A stretch of DNA of 64,000 nt from a virus (Duplodnaviria; Caudoviricetes). Positions 56,003 through 64,000 of this stretch are shown here, one piece after another. Position numbers and translations under genes: made by a program. The stretch lies in the IMG/VR virus record IMGVR_UViG_3300037418_002332, one strand, 5' to 3'. Below the pieces are notes generated by a model, which searched no databases, had not been told where the DNA came from, and was given only the letters and a program-made list of their open reading frames with translations. The first letter of the stretch is position 1. The number at the start of each line of letters is the position of its first letter.

Positions 56003-56455
56003 ATGAATAGGCGTGGATTTTTAGGTTTCTTTGCTGGAAGTGCGGCATTGGGCAAATCGGCAGTTGTTGAGCTTGAAAAGACAATCCTTCAGGAAGGACT
56101 TACAGCTAAGAATGCTTTGAAGTTCTTGCCTTTGGGCAAAAATGCAAAAGAACAAGATGCATCACCAATAAAAAGCTCATACATTCCAGAAAATCCGTTT
56201 GAGACAATCAAGCGTTACAAAAAGCAATTGGAAAAACTTTCACGCAGACCCAATTCAGAAACATTGAGGGATGCAGCTGATTATCGGCGCAAAGAAGAAA
56301 TTGTGAATTTGATTTCAGTTTCAAAATCACACAAACATCGAATGATCAGTGATGTAGATTACGACAGTTCATATCGTTACAATGAATTCAAATATGGCCG
56401 CTGGATTAAGAATTTGGTGGCTGGTCGTGATGAATATGATGATGGAGAAGATTGA
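56003..56455 (+). CDS. hypothetical protein with twin-arginine-like N-terminus
   Basis: MNRRGFLGFFAGSAALG. Confidence 0.6.
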   Translation: MNRRGFLGFFAGSAALGKSAVVELEKTILQEGLTAKNALKFLPLGKNAKEQDASPIKSSYIPENPFETIKRYKKQLEKLSRRPNSETLRDAADYRRKEEIVNLISVSKSHKHRMISDVDYDSSYRYNEFKYGRWIKNLVAGRDEYDDGED

Positions 56456-57412
56456 TGATCATGTATATGATTCGCCACATTCCAACTAAACAAATTTCTG
56501 CTGGCGGCAGTTCACCATATGGAAACCCAAAAGCCGAAGGGAAAATGTATGCCGGAATGGGTGCATTGAAAAATCATCTCAATTTGGGGTTGAGTTTTTG
56601 GTATGGAATGAATCCAGTGTTGCTTCATCTGAGTTCTCAATTTGAACCATATCTTCAATCGGAATTGATTAAACTGGATACAGAAACCTTCAACGCTACA
56701 TATGATTCACAATTCATTCCTAATTATCTCAAAGAACGTGCCTGCAAGATGCTTCAGGAAAAACCATATTACGCGATTGATCCAGAAACAAAATTTAAGT
56801 TGGGAATCTAATGGCTGAAGAACGCAAACGCAGTGAAATGGAAAAACATTTGGATATGCTTGCCGCGCATCTAGATTACGATGAAGTTGCAATTCAAGCA
56901 ATCAAAGATTTGAGACGCGAAGCAAGTCAATATCAAGAACAACTTCATGCTCAAAAGAAAACTCTTGGTCGTGACGGTGCCGAACTAGGCAAGTGGATCA
57001 AGGAAGAAATCAAACAATACATGCGGTATGAAAAATCCGCAACGCTTTGGATTGATTGGTTCGAACGTGACGTCGATTTGTCATTCAAAGATTGGCCTGA
57101 AGAATATTATCCTGAACTTATGTACATTCACCGAACCTATTGGTTGAAACTGACGGAAAAATCATATGTCAAAAACAGTTGATCCTGAACCAACTCGTGT
57201 TGCTAACTGGAAAGCAAACATTGTCAATGGAGTTGATGAATACAATCGAAGGGTTGTGATTGAAACTGAAACCGACGATTTTGTCAGTGGCAAGTTCACT
57301 GAGATTGACGAATACACCTACAAGCACGACAAAGTGATAAGCGTGAAGCGAATTCCTACAACAATGCATTTTCATTACCGCAAGAAATCTTTGGCATAAC
57401 CAAAGAAAGTGC

Positions 57413-57440
57413 TTTACTTTTCAACGGGTTAGTTTATAAT
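57413..57440 (+). promoter_or_regulatory. early promoter
   Basis: TTTACT-16-TATAAT. Confidence 0.7.
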
Positions 57441-57470
57441 GGTTGTATAAGGTGAAATTAACTCGGTGAG

Positions 57471-57752
57471 ATGAAAGAAATGTCCTTCCCGATTCATCCT
57501 GATGATATGCCTTCTCCCCGCTTCGGTGGTTGGGCTGACGATTTCAATACTTATCGTGAAGCTTGCGAATATTACGGTTGTGATACTCCTGAGCAGATCG
57601 AAGCCGAAAATGAGTATTATGCTCGTGAGGAATATATCGCTTGGCAGGATGATCTGGAAACTCGCGGTCCTCGCATTCCTGAGGTTTTCGTTGAGCTTTC
57701 GGATGCTTCTCTTTGGAAGTCGTCTGCCTACGATGATGGTATTCCGTTTTGA
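57471..57752 (+). CDS. acidic hypothetical early protein
   Basis: follows early promoter. Confidence 0.65.
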   Translation: MKEMSFPIHPDDMPSPRFGGWADDFNTYREACEYYGCDTPEQIEAENEYYAREEYIAWQDDLETRGPRIPEVFVELSDASLWKSSAYDDGIPF

Positions 57753-58430
57753 GGTGAGGTGATGGACCGCGACACGGTAAAAGAAGAAATTCTTAGAGAT
57801 CTTAAGGGTCTCACCGATGGTCGCTATTTCACCAGAGTTTCGAAAGGTCTTGGACAATTGTTCCGTGAAATGGAACAGAATGGTTTAATCAAAATCAACA
57901 AGGTTTTGATTGAAGGCCGGAAACATCGTATAACGCAAGTCATTGCGTTGATGGAGAAACTCGATGGGTGAAAAAGTCACAGTTCAGAGACTTGAACTCG
58001 ATGACCGTGAGTTGGAGGACTATCTGTCCACCGCTTACGAAAACGGAAGCGAATTGCTGAGTCTCCAGCAAATTCCGAATGATAGTGGAGAGATTCGAAT
58101 TCGTGATGAACCTCTTCATAAATTTCTCATCGTGTTGAGGGAACTATGATCAACATTATTCCTGGAACGGGTGTCCTGATTGAACGTGGCTCTGGAAAGT
58201 ATCTTGAGATCACGGAAGCAGTTGATGTGAAATTTCAATCCAGCTGGCAAAATGCTACTGTGATTGAGAAAGTGAAGTGGGATAATCCTGACTTGCGTCA
58301 ACAGATGATCGACTTCCATGAATTGAATTACACGGCTCATACATTGGAATTTGTTCCAATGGAAAAGTTGCTCGATCCTTTCGGGGATTGGCCTGAGCCT
58401 GATGAGGGTGACATGCGTCACTGAAGTTTT

Positions 58431-58565
58431 GCGGTATCAGTAAGCGAAAGCCTTAGAAACCTTTGTGAAGTGCGCATTACACAAAGGCAGACTCTGGTTA
58501 GTAGTGAGGTGGTCCTTCTGAGCGTGTTCATCACGTGGGGAGTTCGATCCTCTCCTACCGCTCCA
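58431..58565 (+). ncRNA. 135-nt tRNA-shaped RNA with anticodon loop replaced by 57-nt insert
   Basis: GCGGTA/TACCGC, GC-GAAA-GC, CTTAGAA/TTCTGAG, V-arm CGTG/CACG, T-arm with TTCGATC, TCCA end. Confidence 0.65.
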
Positions 58566-58571
58566 AAGTTT

Positions 58572-58976
58572 CTATTTGGTGTAAAAGCTAAATAGGATTG
58601 TTGCCGTTGATATTTCAACGTTAAGGTGTGGAACACGCGGGTGCAATTCCCGCCGTCTCCACCATGGCTAAAACGAGACTGGACTGGTCATGTTTACATG
58701 ATTCGGAAAAGCGTACAGATGTTATGTTAGTTAGTCAATAATCTTCGAGAAATCGCCATTATTGAGGTTGACATAGCTTGAAATCGTTTTAGCTTTGATG
58801 GGGACGAATTAGGATCGACTCCGCGCGCATAGGAAGAAAAGTAGGCAATTCGCTGACCGAGCGGTCAAACAAAATAAAGGACAACGATAACTTCGTTCCT
58901 ATGGCAGTTGCTGCGTAAGCAGTAGACTCCAATGAGCTTTTGCCGGTTTTGGCTTGGAAACAGAACAAAACCGGCA
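58572..58976 (+). ncRNA. ssrA: circularly permuted two-piece tmRNA
   Basis: acceptor piece GCGGG-TGCAATT-CCCGC-CGTCTCC-ACCA (ends 58664) precedes GGGGACG (58800), G3.U70; tag ORF 58880-58918 DNDNFVPMAVAA*. Confidence 0.92.
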
Positions 58977-59233
58977 TTCATTACATTCAACGAAGATTTC
59001 TCTTTACTCAATGAAATGTTTCAGTTATTGTTATTATAGTGGTAATGGAGATTGAAATGGCCGCTATTTCTGACGCTGAATGGGTAAAGCTGGTTCGTGA
59101 TGAGGTGTTGCGGGCTTTGATGCTTTCGCCTCTGACTAAAAATGAAATTTTGGATCTTCTTGATTCTCTGCGCGCTGAAGTGGCTGCGCAGCCGGTTTCT
59201 AAGGTGACTCCTTCGGTCTGAGGTTCTTTTAAT

Positions 59234-59875
59234 ATGCTGATGTTTTCTGATGAATTCCACCAGTGGGCTGGATTTCGCTTCGAAGAGTTTAAATCAATCT
59301 GTCAGAAAATTTCCAGAGAACTTGATCTCCAACAGGAATTTATCGACATTGGTGTTGCACCAGATGTTGCTGATGCTGTTGCTGAAGGCAACATTGGTGA
59401 AGTCAAGCGAGTAACGTTCAACAGTAGGGAACGGTTTCATTCTGTTTACGAATTTGCCTATGTAGCGGCGCATGAAATGCGACATATTTGGCAATATGCG
59501 AACAAAGTTTTTTCGCCTTGGACATTCTATCCCAGTGGTGCTTATATTGGATGCGATCGGTTTGGTGTTTGGAAAAACTGTTTGATTTTCATTCCTAGCA
59601 ATAAAACTGACAGCGATCATTTTTGTCATCCTTTCGAGATTGACGCTAACGAATATGCGCATCGATTTGTCTCTAACATTGAGGCCGATCGTGAAAATTC
59701 GAAAGAAACTTTTTGGTCCGGGTTGGTTGATAAAATCATGGGCCATTATGAAATCTACGGTTTCAATGATACGCTTGAACAGAGAAAAGCGAGTAAAGCA
59801 TATCACGACTTTGAAACCGTAGAATTGGCAGTCAATCAGTTGAAGCATCATGGTTGTGAAATAGAGGATTATTGA
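59234..59875 (+). CDS. zincin-like metallopeptidase
   Basis: AAHEMRHIWQ (HExxH) and downstream FEIDA. Confidence 0.65.
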   Translation: MLMFSDEFHQWAGFRFEEFKSICQKISRELDLQQEFIDIGVAPDVADAVAEGNIGEVKRVTFNSRERFHSVYEFAYVAAHEMRHIWQYANKVFSPWTFYPSGAYIGCDRFGVWKNCLIFIPSNKTDSDHFCHPFEIDANEYAHRFVSNIEADRENSKETFWSGLVDKIMGHYEIYGFNDTLEQRKASKAYHDFETVELAVNQLKHHGCEIEDY

Positions 59876-59876
59876 T

Positions 59877-60542
59877 ATGAAACGTTTTGGGGAATCGTTG
59901 ATTTTGGCCTTTGTTCTGACATACTTTTCGTATGGCATTGGCCAGTATATGGGTTGGGTCAAGGAACTCAATCTGATGGAAATTTTCTCAGTGTTCACGA
60001 CATACTCATGTACTTACATGTGTGTGAAGCAGACGCGCTGGAATTATCCAATGGGAGCACTGGCGACAGCTTCGCTTTGCTATGTGTTTTATCAGGCTGA
60101 TCTACTAGGTCAGGCTGCTCAGAATGCACTGCTTACACCTTGGCTATTGTATGGATGGTTTCGTTGGCGTGCTGATGCGATCACTCGTCCAGTTACCAGT
60201 GTTTTCTCTGATTCCAAGGTTTGGTTGACAGGTTATGTCGGTCTGACTGCAATCAGCTATCTGGTTTGCCTGAAAGCGATCGAAGCTTATGGTGGAACGA
60301 TGGCTCCACTAGATACTCTGATTCTAGTTCTTTCAATTCTGGCACAAATCATGCTTGATAACAAGAAACTGGAAAATTGGTATCTATGGGCAGTGGTCAA
60401 TGTGATTGCGATCTACGTCAACTTCGAAGCACTTCCAATGGTTGCAATGCAGTTCGTGTTCCTACTCGCTAACACTGTCTGGGGTTGGTCTGATTGGGCT
60501 CATTCTCAGAATCAGGATAAGAAAGAACTTGCAAATGTATGA
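59877..60542 (+). CDS. pnuC: nicotinamide riboside transporter PnuC
   Basis: multi-TM; QTRWNYP, YGWFRW, KKLENWYLW. Confidence 0.85.
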   Translation: MKRFGESLILAFVLTYFSYGIGQYMGWVKELNLMEIFSVFTTYSCTYMCVKQTRWNYPMGALATASLCYVFYQADLLGQAAQNALLTPWLLYGWFRWRADAITRPVTSVFSDSKVWLTGYVGLTAISYLVCLKAIEAYGGTMAPLDTLILVLSILAQIMLDNKKLENWYLWAVVNVIAIYVNFEALPMVAMQFVFLLANTVWGWSDWAHSQNQDKKELANV

Positions 60543-61575
60543 CGGCATCCTTTTGATGACGGCTCTTCTTCCGACGCGTGGGCACCAGTATCTTATTGAC
60601 TTCGCGTCGGAATATGCGGGCGGGAAATTGCTGGTGATTATCAGTTCCCGCTCCAAGGAGCCGATCGCTGGTGAAGATCGTTACAAAGCTTTTCGCAAGC
60701 ACTATCTTCACAATCCAAAGGTCATCATCCAGTTGATGGAAGATGATGACGCTCCGCAGAATCCTTCGGGTCCAGATGATGAACCATTTTGGGCATATTG
60801 GAAGAATGTGATGGTGACATATGCTCGTCGTCACGGCATCAGCGATATTCGTGAAGTGTATGCGTCTGAACCATATGGGCAAAAGCTGGCTGATTTGGTT
60901 GGTGCGCGTTTCGTTCCTTGCGATATTGCTCGACAAATTCTTCACATTTCGTCAACCGAAGTCCGTCAGGATACAGTGAAGCACTTTCATCAAATTTTGC
61001 CTGAAATGCAGCAGCACTTCCAAACGCGAGTGACGATCTTTGGTGCTGAGTCGTGCGGTAAAACAACGATGGCCAAGAAGCTTCATACTGAATATGACAG
61101 TTATTTCGTTCCTGAATGGGCAAGGGAATTCCTTGAAACAGTTGGAACTGAAATCACTGAAGAAAAGATGGAAACGATTTATCTTGCTCAGTATGCATCT
61201 CAGAAGGCAACCGCAGCCTTGGGTGGTGTTCCGTACATTTTCCAAGACACTGATTTGCTTTCAACGATTGGATATTACAAGATCATGGGTTACATGGTTC
61301 ACCCATTGCTGGTTCAATTGTTCAATGAAACTAAGTCTGATCTTTACATCGTGATGAACGATGGAATTCCTTTTGAGAAAGATCCTTTGCGTTATGGTGG
61401 TGATGTTCGCCAGAGCGGAACCCAATTTTGGATTGATTTGCTCGAAAAATATGAATGCAATTATTATGTTGTTCAAAATCGTGAGCGAGACTATCAATTG
61501 GGTGAAGTGAAATTTGAAATTGATCGCTTTACGAAAGATAAATTCAAGCCTATAGTGGATTTCCAACGCGAATAA
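60535..61575 (+). CDS. nadR: NadR-like NMN adenylyltransferase / ribosylnicotinamide kinase
   Basis: LPTRGH nucleotidyltransferase motif, ISSTEVR, GAESCGKTT, FQDTD, LRYGGD. Confidence 0.88.
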   Translation: MYDGILLMTALLPTRGHQYLIDFASEYAGGKLLVIISSRSKEPIAGEDRYKAFRKHYLHNPKVIIQLMEDDDAPQNPSGPDDEPFWAYWKNVMVTYARRHGISDIREVYASEPYGQKLADLVGARFVPCDIARQILHISSTEVRQDTVKHFHQILPEMQQHFQTRVTIFGAESCGKTTMAKKLHTEYDSYFVPEWAREFLETVGTEITEEKMETIYLAQYASQKATAALGGVPYIFQDTDLLSTIGYYKIMGYMVHPLLVQLFNETKSDLYIVMNDGIPFEKDPLRYGGDVRQSGTQFWIDLLEKYECNYYVVQNRERDYQLGEVKFEIDRFTKDKFKPIVDFQRE

Positions 61576-61590
61576 GCTGGAGGTTCCCTT

Positions 61591-61863
61591 ATGTTCTTTT
61601 GTTATAGTGACAGTGCTGAACCGTTCACCGGATCGATCACAAAACTTGATCCGAATAAATGTTTTATGAAGCATTATGGAAATTCATTGTATTTGAATTT
61701 CATCTTCAACTCTTCAACGGATGGTGTTGAAAGGCGACAAGCTAACAAAGAAATCCAAATGGCTGATAAAAAGATGGCCTACTGGAGAAAGCATCCAGAT
61801 TTTAGTCTGGCTATCGTCGAACCGAAAATGAAAGCTGAAAAAGCAAAATGGCGCACGACCTAA
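61591..61863 (+). CDS. hypothetical protein
   Basis: GGAGG RBS. Confidence 0.6.
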   Translation: MFFCYSDSAEPFTGSITKLDPNKCFMKHYGNSLYLNFIFNSSTDGVERRQANKEIQMADKKMAYWRKHPDFSLAIVEPKMKAEKAKWRTT

Positions 61864-63008
61864 AACTCTTCAATTCATTGACTGGGTCTAAAGATGTGTT
61901 CGTTCCTATGGACGATCAAAGTGTTAAGATGTATGTCTGTGGACCAACTTTATATGCACCATTGCATGTTGGCAATCTCCGACCAATGATCGTTTTTGAT
62001 CTGTTATATCGCATTTTGCGTGAATTGTATGGTATAGATCAAGTCATCTATGCACGCAATATCACAGATTATGATCAAAAGGTCATGACTGCGGTGAACA
62101 ACAGTTCCCTTGATTTCTCGACATTCATGTCAAGTCAAATTCAAGAATTCAATGCCTATGAAACTTTGTTAGGATTGATACCACCTGATTTTGAGCCGCG
62201 TGTAACAAAATATGTCACAAGCATTCGTACATATATCAACAAGTTGACTGAAAAAGGCAAAACATACGAAATTGATGGTATCATCTATTTGAGAAATCGT
62301 GCATTCAATGTTGGAATGCTTTCACGCAAACCTTATGTTGATTTAACACATAACAGAATTGAACCTGATCCAAACAAGGAAGACCCAAGGGATTTCATTC
62401 TTTGGAAACCAATTCCAAACGATTACGAATTTGGATTTGAATATCCTGAATCATCACCATTGCATTCAACGGAAGCCAAAGGCCAACCTGGATGGCACAT
62501 TGAATGTTCAGCAATGGCTGAAGAAGTTCTTGGATCAAAGATTGATATTCATGGTGGTGGTGAAGACTTGATGTTTCCTCATCATGAGAACGAAATTTCA
62601 CAATGCTATGCTCGTCATGGTCATTTTATGTCCAAGTTTTGGCTCCACAATGGATTTGTTACCAATTCTAAAGGTCAAAAATTTGGCAAAAGTCTGGACA
62701 ATGCAATTACAGTCAATGAAGCATTGAACAAATTTGGCGGTGAAGTGATTCGCTTTTATATGTTGATGACTCATTACCGCAGTCCAAAAACTTGGTCCCT
62801 TGAAGGATTGGTAGAAGCTCAAACTATTTTTATGAAATTCCAAAATTTGACTCATGGTGTTTTCCATCCGTACAACAAACCACCAACCGAGTTTTGGGAT
62901 GCCTTGATGAATGATATGAATACGCCATTGGCAATTGCGAAGATGCATGAGTATGCGAAGAAGGACATTTTCAGTTTAGATATCTGCATGCGTTGGCTTG
63001 GATTTTAG
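61848..63008 (+). CDS. cysS: cysteinyl-tRNA synthetase catalytic core, C-terminally truncated
   Basis: YVCGPT..LHVGN, PGWHIECSAM, DIHGGGEDLMFPHHENE, HNGFV, KFGKS; ends after DMNTPLA. Confidence 0.88.
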   Translation: MAHDLKLFNSLTGSKDVFVPMDDQSVKMYVCGPTLYAPLHVGNLRPMIVFDLLYRILRELYGIDQVIYARNITDYDQKVMTAVNNSSLDFSTFMSSQIQEFNAYETLLGLIPPDFEPRVTKYVTSIRTYINKLTEKGKTYEIDGIIYLRNRAFNVGMLSRKPYVDLTHNRIEPDPNKEDPRDFILWKPIPNDYEFGFEYPESSPLHSTEAKGQPGWHIECSAMAEEVLGSKIDIHGGGEDLMFPHHENEISQCYARHGHFMSKFWLHNGFVTNSKGQKFGKSLDNAITVNEALNKFGGEVIRFYMLMTHYRSPKTWSLEGLVEAQTIFMKFQNLTHGVFHPYNKPPTEFWDALMNDMNTPLAIAKMHEYAKKDIFSLDICMRWLGF

Positions 63009-63023
63009 TGCTTTACTTCCTGG

Positions 63024-63058
63024 TTCTTTTCATTTATAAATATTGTAAATGGAGAGAA
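63024..63058 (+). promoter_or_regulatory. late promoter in RBS-sequestering hairpin
   Basis: TTCTTTTCATTTA/TAAATGGAGAGAA; TATAAATA at 63035-63042. Confidence 0.7.
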
Positions 63059-63066
63059 GGGTTCCC

Positions 63067-64000
63067 ATGAAAAAGTTTAGTAAATTCCTCGTTGAATCAG
63101 TTCAGACGTCTCAGTCTGATATTGACGCATTGAAAGGATTGTCGTCTTATATGGACGGCAAGCAGAAGGATAAGTTTCTTGAAGCTGTTGACAAGCTTTG
63201 GGCTGGTACCCAAGCTAAGTCAATTTACAATGCCGACTTCGGTGAATTGACTTCTTATGGATTGATTCGCCGCCTTGATGAAGTTCGTGAAAAGCTGCGC
63301 GGCAAGATTATAGAGCAGCTTCGTTCTACAAATTTCGCTGATGATTCCCAAGGTTATGGATTTTATGTAAATTCCATCGCCAAGGAAAATCGTCACTGGG
63401 AAAAGCTGGCTTCCAAGTATCCCGAATATGCTGCCTTTTGGAAGACCGTTGCTTTCCTTCCTGATTGGTTCAAGGAAATGAAGGGTTACATTGTCAAGGG
63501 ACGCAAGCCGAAGGAAGTTGATCCTTCCGCTCCTCCTGTTTGGCAAAAGCCGATGATTCCAGTCGAAGCCAAGAAGAAAGCAGTTGAGTTTCTCACTCAG
63601 GCTGTTGATCAAATTCGTCAGGACTATTACAAGTCAATGACTGAATCCTTCATTAAGCAGGCTGAAGCTCTGCAGAAGATGGCTGCAGAAGAAAATTGGG
63701 ATCGCCAAGCTTTCATGAAGAAGCACGGCAAAAGCTATATGATGCAGATGGCTGATGCAGCTTTTGCTCGTGACAACACCTATCGTCTGAATGCTCCTTT
63801 GGTTGCTAATCCTGATAAGGATGCAGTTGCCGCAAAGGCTGCTAAGCAGACTGTTGATTCTATCCTCAGTGACTTCATTGTGAAGAATTCCGACAAGCTT
63901 GGACATATTTTCGCGAAGAAGGCTGTGATCAAGGATCATAAAATCGTTTACAATCGCGTTCAAATGGGCAACCTTGAAAATGGTATGTTCTTCGCCTTTG
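63067..64000 (+). CDS. late protein, partial (runs off window); possibly head-internal
   Basis: open frame from ATG 63067, MKKFSKFLVES N-terminus, late promoter. Confidence 0.7.
   Translation, partial: MKKFSKFLVESVQTSQSDIDALKGLSSYMDGKQKDKFLEAVDKLWAGTQAKSIYNADFGELTSYGLIRRLDEVREKLRGKIIEQLRSTNFADDSQGYGFYVNSIAKENRHWEKLASKYPEYAAFWKTVAFLPDWFKEMKGYIVKGRKPKEVDPSAPPVWQKPMIPVEAKKKAVEFLTQAVDQIRQDYYKSMTESFIKQAEALQKMAAEENWDRQAFMKKHGKSYMMQMADAAFARDNTYRLNAPLVANPDKDAVAAKAAKQTVDSILSDFIVKNSDKLGHIFAKKAVIKDHKIVYNRVQMGNLENGMFFAF

Noticed and set aside
58664-58741. 25-codon ORF in the tmRNA intervening sequence
   Set aside because: Its ATG overlaps the CCA end, it has no RBS, and it would be destroyed by processing
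1-64000. Minus-strand ORFs in the track (e.g. 10963-11853, 27533-28060, 59294-59998)
   Set aside because: They shadow + strand genes or tRNAs, lack RBSs and show no recognisable motifs; promoters and RBSs all point to the + strand
1-64000. CRISPR array, IS/transposase, integrase, rRNA
   Set aside because: No regularly spaced direct repeats or diagnostic motifs seen
1-64000. Stop-codon reassignment
   Set aside because: Long recognisable genes are intact under the standard code, all three stops are used, and I found no suppressor tRNA

Overview
This 64 kb window comes from a large T4-like (TATAAATA/ACTAAATA late promoters) dsDNA phage, read almost entirely on the + strand. An alphaproteobacterial host is inferred from the circularly permuted tmRNA and its (A)DNDNFVPMAVAA tag. 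Bases 1-18,022 are a dispersed array of about 38 tRNA and tRNA-like genes interleaved with small ORFs. Many are non-canonical: two tandem circularly permuted tRNA-Arg-like genes, a YrlA/Y-RNA-like T-AS-D element, two tRNA-Arg with the D-loop moved behind the anticodon arm, a set with covarying A18/G55 elbows, Ile(UAU), Leu(AAG), and tRNA bodies with the anticodon replaced by inserts. The rest is accessory genes: HslV-like protease, AAA ATPase, ATP-grasp, HD hydrolase, a ClpB-like module, HNH-RNA ligase, CCA-adding enzyme, PnuC-NadR and a truncated CysRS. It also holds a probable DNA base hypermodification cluster (TET/JBP dioxygenase, two GT-A glycosyltransferases, glutamine amidotransferase, amidoligase, LMW phosphatase, amino-acid:DNA-transferase-like protein, P-loop kinase). 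All calls come from reading motifs and base-pairing by eye; no database or folding program was run, so family names and novelty need confirmation.
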